A DNA stretch of 64,000 nt from the human T2T-CHM13v2.0 reference genome, Homo sapiens: assembly GCF_009914755.1 (NCBI RefSeq), contig NC_060932.1; one strand, given 5' to 3'. The number at the start of each line of letters is the position of its first letter. Positions within the stretch are counted from its first letter, which is position 1. The position numbers and the translations under genes were made by a program. The notes beneath the pieces are model-generated. The model saw only the letters and a program-made list of their open reading frames with translations. It was not told the origin of the DNA and ran no database searches. This document shows positions 63,471 to 64,000 of the stretch, piece after piece.

Positions 63471-64000
63471 GAGTTTATAGGTTTTGATGCCTTTTGCCAA
63501 AAATCAAAGAGGTGGCTGAAAGTCAATTGATATCAGAAGAATCAATGAAAAGCAAGAGACTCAGCAGCTCTCCTTTTCCTCTGGGAAACTGCTTAAGAGC
63601 ACAGAATTTGGCATCAGATACACCTGCAATCAAATCCCAGCTCTACTTAGGAGCTGTATAACCTTGCAGTCTTCGGGTTCCTCGTCTGCAAAATGGAGTA
63701 TCTTCCTACCATTTGGGGTTGCTGGTTTATGTGGTTCATGTAAAATGCCTTTTATTTGATAAGCACCTTATCTTTCCTTCCATGTGTATAACTGCTTTCT
63801 TCTTTTAAGTATAATATCATCTATGTGTTAGAAAAATGTAAGAAACCTCTTTTCAAATAGTGTGGACACCTTAATAGTTATTTACTGGAGCAGAGGCACA
63901 CATTAAGATCCCTCCAATAGAAGTATTAATATAGACAGAAGCAGCTAGTCTTGGACCTCTGGTGTCATCTCCTGGAAATTAGTCATGGTACAACAGCCAA

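Noticed and set aside
58800-64000. A second gene downstream of SPAG1
   Set aside because: Only repeat-derived or short featureless ORFs; no convincing exon

Overview
Primate genomic DNA, almost certainly human. The window holds the 3' ~58 kb of SPAG1 (sperm-associated antigen 1/DNAAF13, a three-TPR HSP70/HSP90 co-chaperone for axonemal dynein assembly) on the + strand. Fifteen coding exons run from 174 to the stop at 57793. They are numbered 5-19 here by recalled convention, splice in frame and give the last 784 aa of the protein. A 3' UTR and intergenic DNA follow. The introns are dense in Alu, L1, L2, MIR, MaLR and DNA-transposon fossils, plus a Y3 RNA retrocopy. The 18.8-kb intron 10 is the most unusual part. 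It contains an old antisense L1M with several later insertions, including a near-full-length, sense-oriented HERV-L (MLT2A LTRs) that landed inside an Alu monomer. It also contains a younger L1PA with a 23-nt 3' transduction, joined in register with its host L1. The intron ends in a CpG island over exon 11, which has a strong-Kozak internal ATG (MGNIQKK). I see no evidence of a wholly new biological system. The best leads concern how intron 10 may split SPAG1 into separately expressed N- and C-terminal halves. Repeat-family names and literature links are from memory, and repeat boundaries are approximate.
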